From a virus: a DNA stretch of 64,000 bases. How positions within the stretch are numbered: the first letter of the stretch is position 1; every line of letters starts with the position of its first letter. Shown here one piece after another: positions 1 to 9,000 of this stretch. The stretch lies in IMG/VR virus record IMGVR_UViG_3300025011_000038, positions 5,949-69,948 of that record, one strand, 5' to 3'. The notes beneath the pieces are model-generated. The model made no database searches, was not told the origin of the DNA, and saw only the letters and a program-made list of their open reading frames with translations. A program made the position numbers and the translations under genes.

Positions 1-17
1 TGTCGTTTAACCTTCAT

Positions 18-1636
18 TCACCCCACCCCCTCAATAATCTCCACTATTCTCTCTAGTTGTTCTTTGCTGAGAGAATGTAGATTAAATTCCCTTAACCTAT
101 TTATTGCTTTATGTCGGTCTATTTCATCTAAAACATTCTGAGTGATTGGACGTATTGTAAATGAGCAACCCCAAGCATTAGAAGATTTATGGTAACCTTC
201 CTTATCTGTCGATAAGCCACTCTCTAAGCGCACAATGCCGGTAGGAGTCATTTTTTTAACTTTATCAATAGTGTATACTGTGTCCCTACGTCTAATATAA
301 CAAACCTTATCGCCCGGTTTAAGAGACTTTAGCCAATCGACGTATTCTATATGACTCACCCCTCAATAATCTTATGTCGCTTCTTCTTCGGATATAGAAG
401 AACACATATATTCCACGGAAGGATATACTTCCATTTCTTTTTTGCACTTAGGACATTCTATTATTCTTTTGTCTAAATCATCGTTAATTGCCCTTCTCCC
501 GTTGAATTCATGGCCACAGTAGGGACAAATACAAGTGTCAACACTGATGGTTTCATCGGTCGGATATGTGACCTCATCTTTTGGTTGTTCCTCAATAATA
601 GCCTTAATCTGCCGGAGTTGTTGGAGAGTAATTTTATTGTAATGTGGACTGGAAATAATTTTTTCTATATTTATAGCAGTAGAACTATATTCCTGCTCGT
701 CATAATAATTTTGTGCGGATAGATAAATTTTAAATGAAGTAGCATCTAAACATGCGAGATTATTGATCTTAACCTTATACTGCCTAGAATTAGGCGACAT
801 GCTTATATAGAAATAAGTCCTACCTACTTTTACTATTTCATATTCTCGCAGTTCCCTACCTCCATAATAATCCTTAACATAAACCTTCTGCCCAACTTCC
901 ATGCTAGTCACCTCCTACAAATGAAATAAACAGTAAATAATTACAACTGCACCAATAACACCAAACAGTGAACCGATGTATTGTATTATATCGTTGTCTT
1001 GCGTGTTAATCACCTGCCACATCATGTAAATATAAAGTATCATTTTCTTTACAATAACCACAAACGCAACCCCATGGTTTTGAAGTTAATTCTACTTCTA
1101 CTGTTTTATATTTAGGGAATTTCGTTATATCATTGTTTAGTGATATAGATGGTAATATATAAACAGCAATATTCCAAAGTCCTTGTTTTACAATATGATA
1201 TTTAACCCTACTCACCTTCCTCCAACTTCTAACACCCATCAAACTCAGGCAGTGCTTTAAATTCTTCTTCTGTCATTGCAACCGCTTCCACAGTAAAGAA
1301 GTCGTTAAATAGATGTGTCTTATCCCCAATCTGTAAAGATTTTAATGCTGTTTCAGTTAACTCTTTGGCGACTGAATCAAGGCAAAATTCGTCTATTTCT
1401 TTTCTTTCTTTATCAGGCATTTCTTCTAAAGTAACCATAATATCTTCTACGGCATCCTCTGGTTTATCGTGCATAACCCAGGAACCATATTCTATATTTG
1501 AAACTTTATAGCATTTTATGAGATTAGGTTTACAGGAAAGACAACATACTTTTACTATCCCATCTTCCCCTATCTTTATTTGACATTCTGTATCTATTAA
1601 TATTTCTTTATTACAAACTATGCAACAATTAGACAT
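18..1636 (-). CDS. Run of small hypothetical phage proteins (18..359, 372..911 with C-terminal CxxC Zn-ribbon, 1006..1242, 1229..1636)
   Basis: Co-oriented ORFs with GGAGG/GAGGGG-type RBSs; no recognisable family. Confidence 0.75.
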
Positions 1637-1811
1637 TCCCTAATTCCTCCTTTATATCTCTGATTTTGCGTATTTGCTCTAGTGTAAATGTCGGCAATAG
1701 GTAAACTTTTTGACTTGACATTTTATTTTCTTCCCTTCCTACTACGCCGCAAACCAATCGCAAACCCGGCAGCGAAAACAATGGTGATTATAGCGGTGAG
1801 TGTGAGCCACT

Positions 1812-2252
1812 TCAATTGTTTTCACCTACCAATAACTCAGGATTTTCGTGAATATTTCCGATTACCTTACAATCCTCAAGTCCGTCAAAAATAGGACTAT
1901 GTGACGAGTAGTATATTTTCCCACCCAAGAATTTTCCATTGGGCTTAGCTAGGCAAAATGCACCCCAATGAATATTACAGCGTATTGCAAACATTTGATT
2001 GTGCTTGTCTTTAACTAAATCTCCCTCAAAAACCTCCTGCTCTTCGGGAAACTCGGCAGTTCTCTTGCTGTCGCGTAGGCCGGTGAACTGACCAATAGTA
2101 GAAGGATCAACCTCAAAAGAATTCACATAAACCTGTGCCCAATTCGTAACGATTATGTGCTTAACGGTTCCCATATGTTCGTAACGGATATAATACCCAT
2201 AAACAAACTCGCCATTATCTACCCTTCTGCCTCTAAATATAATTTGCCGCAT
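1812..2252 (-). CDS. YopX family protein
   Basis: MRQIIFRG...GQFTGLRD...EVFEGDLV...VIGNIHENPELL signature. Confidence 0.9.
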   Translation of the reverse strand: MRQIIFRGRRVDNGEFVYGYYIRYEHMGTVKHIIVTNWAQVYVNSFEVDPSTIGQFTGLRDSKRTAEFPEEQEVFEGDLVKDKHNQMFAIRCNIHWGAFCLAKPNGKFLGGKIYYSSHSPIFDGLEDCKVIGNIHENPELLVGENN

Positions 2253-2260
2253 TAGTTTTC

Positions 2261-2461
2261 CTACTTCAAACTACTTCCTGTGTTAAAAATACTTATACTC
2301 TCAATTTGCGATCTATTTACCATGATTTTCGGATTATCTCCGAATCCGCAAAAATCGCTTTGAAGTACGCTTTTAACGTCCTGCTCTGCCTTATACATAT
2401 TGCTACCATGTAAACCGACTATAATTTTTCTTCCAGAAATCAAAACTATTTCTAATTCCAT
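2261..2461 (-). CDS. Hypothetical protein
   Basis: ORF with GGAGG RBS, TAATG-coupled to the upstream RHH gene. Confidence 0.7.
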   Translation of the reverse strand: MELEIVLISGRKIIVGLHGSNMYKAEQDVKSVLQSDFCGFGDNPKIMVNRSQIESISIFNTGSSLK

Positions 2462-2622
2462 TATTTTTCCTCCCTCTCAATTTTCTTTATTTCCTTAATA
2501 ACCAATGCCCGAATCCATGCACTTTCCTTCACGCCGAGTTTACCGACAACCTCATTAACCTTTTGCTTAGTTTCGTGGTCAAAGTAAACTCTTATTGATG
2601 CTTCGTTTTTACCTGCCGCCAA
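2461..2622 (-). CDS. Ribbon-helix-helix (CopG/Arc-like) regulator, 53 aa, not in ORF track
   Basis: TTG start after GGAGGT; (M)AAGKNEASIRVYFDHETKQKVNEVVGKLGVKESAWIRALVIKEIKKIEREEK. Confidence 0.75.
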   Translation of the reverse strand: MAAGKNEASIRVYFDHETKQKVNEVVGKLGVKESAWIRALVIKEIKKIEREEK

Positions 2623-2651
2623 ATCAATTACCTCCTAATTAGTATATTAAT

Positions 2652-2732
2652 ATTATATTCCCTTTTAATTAATAAATCAAGTCTAAAACATGCTTAAATG
2701 GTATAGATTTTTCGACATTTCTATGGTATAAT
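2652..2732. promoter_or_regulatory. Divergent sigA-type promoters (leftward to RHH gene, rightward to rep), with a Spo0A box in the rep promoter spacer
   Basis: Minus: TTGATT-17-TATAAT (2680..2652). Plus: TAGATT-17-TATAAT with extended TG (2704..2732). TTCGACA at 2711-2717. Confidence 0.65.
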
Positions 2733-2738
2733 ATTCCT

Positions 2739-3617
2739 ATGGAGGTGTTTCAAATGGATAAAAATAAGACCGTAAAAGAACTGTTATTGTCTGAAAACTA
2801 CATTCAATTAAATAAACTACTTATACATGCCATTGGTCTGCATGAATCAATACTTTACTGTGAACTATGTTCAAGGAAGAAGTATTTTGAAGATAAGGAT
2901 TTATTGTCGGAAGACGGATATTTTTTTAATACCGTTAATGATTTATATGCCGGGACAGGTATTACCGAAAAACAACAGAGGGCAGCAATTAAGAATTTGA
3001 CAAAATTAAAACTACTAAATGTTGTAGTAAAGGGTTTACCAGCTAAAAGATATTTCAAAATTTATGACCATGACGAACTGATAATTGCCCTAATAAATAA
3101 GGGAAAAGAGGTTTATAATGAGATAAAAGAGTCCTCAGCCCTTAAATATCAACAGTTACGCCAAAATGGCAGAAGTACATCGGACAAAATAGCAGAACTA
3201 CCTCCGCTATATGGGCAGAGTAATAAGAACAATACCAATAAGACTAATTCAGAAGAAAAATCTAATAATGTATATAATGTTGGTTTTGCTAAAAAACACA
3301 AAACCAAAGCATATTTTTTATTTAATGAATTAATCAATAAACCTATTAGTAAGGATACAGATACATTTGAAGAACAGTGTGTTAAATACTTCTTTTACCA
3401 ATACCGCGACATGATGGGAGAAGATCACCCTTCCATGAAAGATGATCAAATACAAAACGCACTTGATATTATGAGGATTAATTTCAGTAGCGGAAAAGTA
3501 GTCATGGAGATAATAAAAGACTATTTCAGTACGGAAATGGATTGCGACTATAACCTTAATCATTTTGTTAGCGGAGAAATAATTGAGAATAGACTATATA
3601 ACACGGGAAATCATTAA
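2739..3617 (+). CDS. Replication initiator-like protein (N-terminal winged HTH)
   Basis: NKLLIHAIGLHESILYCEL...DGYFFNT...TGITEKQQRAAIKNL...KGLPAKRYFKI pattern of phage/plasmid initiators, followed by an N/K/T-rich linker. Confidence 0.75.
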   Translation: MEVFQMDKNKTVKELLLSENYIQLNKLLIHAIGLHESILYCELCSRKKYFEDKDLLSEDGYFFNTVNDLYAGTGITEKQQRAAIKNLTKLKLLNVVVKGLPAKRYFKIYDHDELIIALINKGKEVYNEIKESSALKYQQLRQNGRSTSDKIAELPPLYGQSNKNNTNKTNSEEKSNNVYNVGFAKKHKTKAYFLFNELINKPISKDTDTFEEQCVKYFFYQYRDMMGEDHPSMKDDQIQNALDIMRINFSSGKVVMEIIKDYFSTEMDCDYNLNHFVSGEIIENRLYNTGNH

Positions 3618-3840
3618 CTGTATAAAAAAATAACCCTTCACGGGTTAAAAATACATTCGCTGCCCTGTTCGTTTTTTAGATCGCACCATTGATCGCACAA
3701 CCGTCTTTAAAAGAACAATATCAGTCCGCAACGTCAATAAAATCAAGGTAATGGACAAGCAATCAAATTTATATATAAGACGGACGTCACGACGGACGGA
3801 TTATAGCGATGAAATTTTCAACAACTAATCGACCGACCAC

Positions 3841-3867
3841 CTAACTAACTAACTAACTAACTAACTA
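3841..3867 (+). repeat. (CTAA)6 tandem repeat plus CTA
   Basis: ctaactaactaactaactaactaacta directly abuts the stop codon of 3865..4146. Confidence 0.95.
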
Positions 3868-4146
3868 TAAGTCTAACCCGAAAAAACGTGCAATCTTGGA
3901 AATAGCCGACCAAACAACTCCGATAACCATAGCAATAGCGGTAAATATTGTAATAATTTTAACCATACCGGCCACTTGACCATAGCCCAGTGCGGAAGTA
4001 ATGTATTGCATAATCCAGCTAAAAGTACATAAAACCATTAACTGCACTATCGGCATACCTATTCCCTTTAAGGTTTCTGCCGCCACTCCTGCATGACATA
4101 GAGAGGGGAATAAGAGTAACCCAATTATTGCCGCTAAATATTTCAT
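3865..4146 (-). CDS. Small membrane protein, SpoIIIAC/SpoIIIAD-like
   Basis: Signal-like N-terminus and two hydrophobic helices separated by ALGYGQVA, ending ISKIARFF, similar to SpoIIIAC architecture. Confidence 0.5.
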   Translation of the reverse strand: MKYLAAIIGLLLFPSLCHAGVAAETLKGIGMPIVQLMVLCTFSWIMQYITSALGYGQVAGMVKIITIFTAIAMVIGVVWSAISKIARFFGLDL

Positions 4147-4814
4147 CCTAACACCTCCCGGCGAATATTGCCCACAAGATAACTTTCGAACTCTAACCCG
4201 TTTTTATTTTCCGTCCTAACTAACTCGTTAATCTTTTTAAGTTTGCGCTCGTTGTCGGTGATTAACAGAGTTTTTGGAAATCTCTTGGTCTGCTTCACCC
4301 ACCACTGATCCGGCAGTTTGTCGAATAGCTTATTGTATTTTTTTACCTTATCAAACTCGTTGGCCGGATGGTGAATATCCATTTCGATAAACAGGAAACG
4401 AAATTGGCCTGTGATAGTGTTTTTGATAGCAATAAAGCAATCTGTAAGTAGTATTTTCATGTCGTAATTATAATTAACGGAGTGAATTTCCTCCCATGAT
4501 TTTAAGTTTCGTTCTATCCAAATTACTGCCCAATTCAATAATACAGTGTGTTGCATTTGCTCTAGTCGCTCCCGGTAATAGGCGTATGGTTGCTCTAGGT
4601 CGTACCGCCAGCGTTGTAGGCGTTTTTGGTCAGTTAACCGTTTGAGGCGTTGTTGGCATTTGCGCTTGCCGGATGCCGTGAGAGGGAATAGTAGTACCTG
4701 CACCTGTTCGGCATTGAGGCATCTGTGGGTGTGTATGCGCTCTAGTATTCTTTCATCGCGGCAATAACCTAACCGGCGGTTCGACATTTGACCAACTAGT
4801 GAAAGCATCGACAT
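4143..4814 (-). CDS. Replication-relaxation (Replic_Relax-like) protein
   Basis: N-terminal wHTH (RDERILERI...LNAEQVQVLLF...QQRLKRL), QHTVLLN motif, C-terminal D...FIEMD...KVKKY nuclease-like motif; coupled to FtsK gene. True start may be near 4794. Confidence 0.8.
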   Translation of the reverse strand: MSMLSLVGQMSNRRLGYCRDERILERIHTHRCLNAEQVQVLLFPLTASGKRKCQQRLKRLTDQKRLQRWRYDLEQPYAYYRERLEQMQHTVLLNWAVIWIERNLKSWEEIHSVNYNYDMKILLTDCFIAIKNTITGQFRFLFIEMDIHHPANEFDKVKKYNKLFDKLPDQWWVKQTKRFPKTLLITDNERKLKKINELVRTENKNGLEFESYLVGNIRREVLG

Positions 4815-5883
4815 TAACCCCTTTCAATAACTTTTTGGCCTGATTTACTGGAAGGTGCATCGTTTGGACTTCCCGGGTATCCATGCCGAATCTGTAAATT
4901 GCCCGACCTTTTACTCCCGGGAGATATGCGGCAAGGGAACAAGTTTCACCTAAAACCATACGGCTATTAAGTTCATCGGCAACCTGGAAACATAGTCTGC
5001 TTTGAAACATTGCCCTGGTATCTCCCGGGAGAACCTTTGTTGATGGTCTTTGTGTCGCCGCAACCACTGAAATACCAACCGCCCGGGCAAGTCTGGTTAT
5101 CCTGTCGATAAGTTTAATCGTTTTAGTGCAGGATATTTCCGCTAATTCATCTATTACAACAACGATAAAAGGTAACGGTTCCTTCGCCCTCTTATTGTAG
5201 TCCTGAATTTTAACCACTTTTGCCCTCTCTAGCGTCTTAATACGCTGTTCCATGCCCTTCTCAATGGCTTGCATCAGCAATAGTGCTTCTTCCTCCGTCC
5301 TTGCTAATGCCGCATAATCTTTCAAATAGGCAAATTCTAACCTTTTTAGGTCTATAATGCCGATTCGTGCTACTGGTAATAGGGAAGTAATAAGAACGTG
5401 CAGGAAGTTAGATTTTCCATACCCAGGAACACCTGCAATAAGTAGATGCGGAGATTCTTCAAGCGGTAGCACCTCCAGTCCCTGCTTACTAATTCCGACA
5501 GGTATTGGCAAGTCTATGTTACCGTCATAATTCCAGTTATAAGGTAGCTTATTTGGTATCTCGTTTGTATTGATGTTAATGTGTAGAAATTTGCCGTGTT
5601 TCTCCATTTCTACATTTAGCCCGGTAGCATCTTCGAAGTATTCCTGCTGATTTTTTAGAGTGTTGAATGACGTACCCGGGCGAAGTGTGAATATCATGTG
5701 CCATCCTGTTTCGGTGCGCTTGATACCTTTGCGGATCGGTAGTGGTCGGGGTTTGTCGAGGGGATAGAGAGTTTCTAGGGTATCTAGGATGGCGGCAGGT
5801 ATTTCGTATCCTCTGCGGTGTCTATAGGCATCTTTTAGGGCATTTATCGCCTCACCTAGCATGTTGATTTTTTGTTGCTTCAT
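4753..5883 (-). CDS. FtsK/SpoIIIE-family DNA translocase / coupling ATPase
   Basis: PHLLIAGVPGYGKS (Walker A), IDLK, VVVIDELAE (Walker B), RLARAVGI, ATQRP. Confidence 0.95.
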   Translation of the reverse strand: MKQQKINMLGEAINALKDAYRHRRGYEIPAAILDTLETLYPLDKPRPLPIRKGIKRTETGWHMIFTLRPGTSFNTLKNQQEYFEDATGLNVEMEKHGKFLHININTNEIPNKLPYNWNYDGNIDLPIPVGISKQGLEVLPLEESPHLLIAGVPGYGKSNFLHVLITSLLPVARIGIIDLKRLEFAYLKDYAALARTEEEALLLMQAIEKGMEQRIKTLERAKVVKIQDYNKRAKEPLPFIVVVIDELAEISCTKTIKLIDRITRLARAVGISVVAATQRPSTKVLPGDTRAMFQSRLCFQVADELNSRMVLGETCSLAAYLPGVKGRAIYRFGMDTREVQTMHLPVNQAKKLLKGVNVDAFTSWSNVEPPVRLLPR

Positions 5884-5915
5884 GCTGTACCTCCTGTTCG
5901 TTGTGTTGTTCGTTA

Positions 5916-5945
5916 AGTTTATGCGGAGGCGGTTTGTCTATATTC
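5916..5945 (-). promoter_or_regulatory. Putative sporulation sigma (sigE/sigG-like) promoter of the FtsK operon
   Basis: Minus strand GAATA-N17-CATAAACT upstream of AGGAGG RBS; no sigA -10 in this interval. Confidence 0.5.
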
Positions 5946-5955
5946 GTTTTTGGGC

Positions 5956-5982
5956 AAAAAAATAAACCGCCCGGAGGCGGCT
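5956..5982 (-). terminator. Intrinsic terminator ending the early operon before the FtsK cassette
   Basis: AGCCGCC-TCCG-GGCGGTT followed by TATTTTTTT on minus strand. Confidence 0.85.
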
Positions 5983-6014
5983 AGTTGTATTATGGTTAAT
6001 ATCTAGTTTAATAG

Positions 6015-9000
6015 TTAAATAATTTTTGAGATAATTTCTTTAACGGATTTTTGTATTTCGTAAAGTCTATCGCGTTCTGACTCAATGAGTTTAATGAGCG
6101 ACAATTCATCATCTAGCGACATATTATATTTCTTAGCCATTGAACTAATGTTGCGCTTTAATTCCAGTAGGTTGTTGATTTGTTTTTGCTCTCCATAAGC
6201 AAACCATTCTTGATCTCCAATTTTATTGAACGCGTGAATTTCTCCATTGTCATCAATGATTTGGAAAACCAAATTATCCTCAGAAATAATATCATAATGC
6301 CTGTCCTCGGTACAAAATCTTTCTCCGTTTGGTATGTTATAATAACCGTCCTTAATGCACAGTATTCGCTTATTCATACTATCGTCCTCCCTCTCTTTAA
6401 TTCCCCTACTCCCACCCATATACGGCATGGGCAGGATAAGGAAACTAGCGGAAACCTTTCTTTGTTTTTGGACTGAATTTCTTGCAAGCAAACTGATTAG
6501 AGCTAACCCTGTTTTTGCTTATGCGACAGTTCTTAACTGTCATAGGCGCATAGTGATTGCAGTCACGACACACCTCGTTCATCGGCATATTACCAATTGA
6601 CTTATTTTTATAACCCCCGAACATACCCCAACTATCAGAACGAAAATACATTATACTATCACCTCAATCCATTCTGTCATCTTCCACTGTGTCGCCGCAA
6701 GTGTCATGGCATCTAGGGGCGATGATGCCCATATGGTGTCCTTGCTGCAACCGGCAGGTATGGTCGTTTTGCCGATTGTTAGTTCAGGGAAATGGAGTTT
6801 TAAGCGGTATTTGTTTAACTCAGGTATAAAAGTACCTCTGGCTGTTTCTTGGCGTTGTATGGCCTTTAGGATGCGGTTTGCGGTTGATGTGGTCATTGTG
6901 GTTGTCCTCCTATGCAATTCTAATATCCTCGTTAAATACTGTCTTGTCGCCGCTATCAATGCGATCTCTAATCTCGCATACCTTGTCGGCAATCTTTTGA
7001 GCGTTTACTTTGGTTATATCACCCTCAAAAATAAGCCAATTTCTCCACCCTCTTATGGTTGCCGTAAATCTTCTGATTTTGTCATTGTCGATGTTGTAAC
7101 TTTCGGTTATTGTAGTCCCAGCAATCCAAAAATGCCTAGCTATAATTTTCCATTTTTTCATGTGGTTGCCCTCCCTCTAATATAATCCTTCGGCATCCCC
7201 TGACACGGCAGGAGATAACGAAAAACTATTTAAAATCCTCCATAACTGCATCGACATATAATTTAGTTTGTATTTCCTCCTTCTCCCAATCCTGCACCTT
7301 TAATGCCGTATTGGTTGCTGCTGTTTCGATGCACTCGTCGCGCCTTCCGTATGGTATTGGACCGCTACAAAAACCTCCATAATGTTGCTCTCCTGTACGT
7401 TGTGCCTCGTTTGGTCGTTTGCATCCTAAGTAAATTGCCCTCTTGCGTGTAATCTTTTCTGCGTTGGGACAATGCTTTTTGATAGCATCGGCAATTTGCT
7501 GATTCTCGGCAACAAAAACGGTGTACTCGTTACTAAAGTTTCTCGGATAAACTACAAAATATTGGTTCATTATTCCTCCCTCTGGCCTCGGTATTTCGTT
7601 TTGCGCCCCAACTTTGGAGACCGGCGCGTATTTTTAATTTTACCAAAACGCCCTCTTGTGGTGCTTTGGTAAAACTGCGGTTTATGGATTACCGCGAACC
7701 GTATAACTTTTCAATCGTTAAACCCTTACTAATAAGGTGCTTTGCTACATCAATACAGAAATTGGGTGCGCAAACATCAGCGAATACGCGATCCAATTCG
7801 TTTTCGGTAAAATTCTTGATGCCGTGTTCTATCATTTTGGCTTTTACCGCTTCGGCGTGGTGAGCGTAATAGGTTTTTGGTGTTTCGTCAATGGTTAGTA
7901 GGTCTAATAATTCCCTTCTGTTCATACTATAACCCCCTTATTAGTCTTAACTCAGCCATCCTGCCAGATAACTCAGGTAAAACTGGGGTTTGGAACCTGC
8001 TACATATAAATTTCCGCTAAATAATCATTCTTGATAAAATTTCTTACCCACCTACCCGATCTCCGTATCCTGTTGTTTTCGCCATTATAAGTGTATGCAA
8101 TATCGAAAATATCATCTTTTACGTTGGTTATCCTTTTACCGCTTAAATATATCGCTTTGCCTTCTCTTAGTAATTTCATTGCTTTTCTGATATTCCTATC
8201 AATCTTTACCATCTTATCATCCTCCCTCTTAGTTTTACCTAAACCCTCCCCCGAAAGGACTTAGGTAAAACTGCGACTTTAGGTAGTCGCTAGTTTTTCT
8301 AGCCATTTGCGCTCGGCGTAGTTTTCCGATGCGTAATATTCAGGTTCTGTATTCTCGCCCCATACTACAAAATAGGGACCACGAAAACCTAAGTAAATTT
8401 CGTTTTGTTTCTTTAAGACTTGTACCTCTTCTGGATTAAATTTAGATACATTGTATATACTTCCTAGCATCTTATCGACCTCCCTCTAATGTCTCAACAA
8501 AATACCCTCTCGAAGGTACTTTGGCGAAACAGGGGTTAATTAACCCCATACTGCCTTGTTGTACTCAGGCGTATTGGAAATAATTTCGGCGGCCAATCTA
8601 TGCTCTAGTTTTACAAAATCCTGATATAGTTTAGATTTAACCACATCGCCCTCGCTGCATTGATATACAAAACATTGTACGGATTTATAAACCTGCATTA
8701 AATTTCTAGGTGATTCGTAGCTATGTCGGTATAACTCAACCGGGTTGTTTTCGTTGTAACGCTGATCTACTGCTTTATTATTCATGTTAAGCATCTTTTG
8801 ACCTAGTTTGTTGCAGTCGCCAAGGAAATTGCGGTATATTTCTGGGTACTGTCCTTCTGTGCTGTAAAGCGGTTTACTGTCGATATAACTTACAATACGG
8901 TCAATAGTTTTCTTTTCTACAACGTAAGCGCTCATTTATAAATTCCTCCCTAGTTATTTAAGAAATCTAATTGCTCTCTGGTTAAATATTTGGTACATTC

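Noticed and set aside
3841-3867. Telomere-like repeat marking a genome end
   Set aside because: Only six units, internal, with intact genes on both sides
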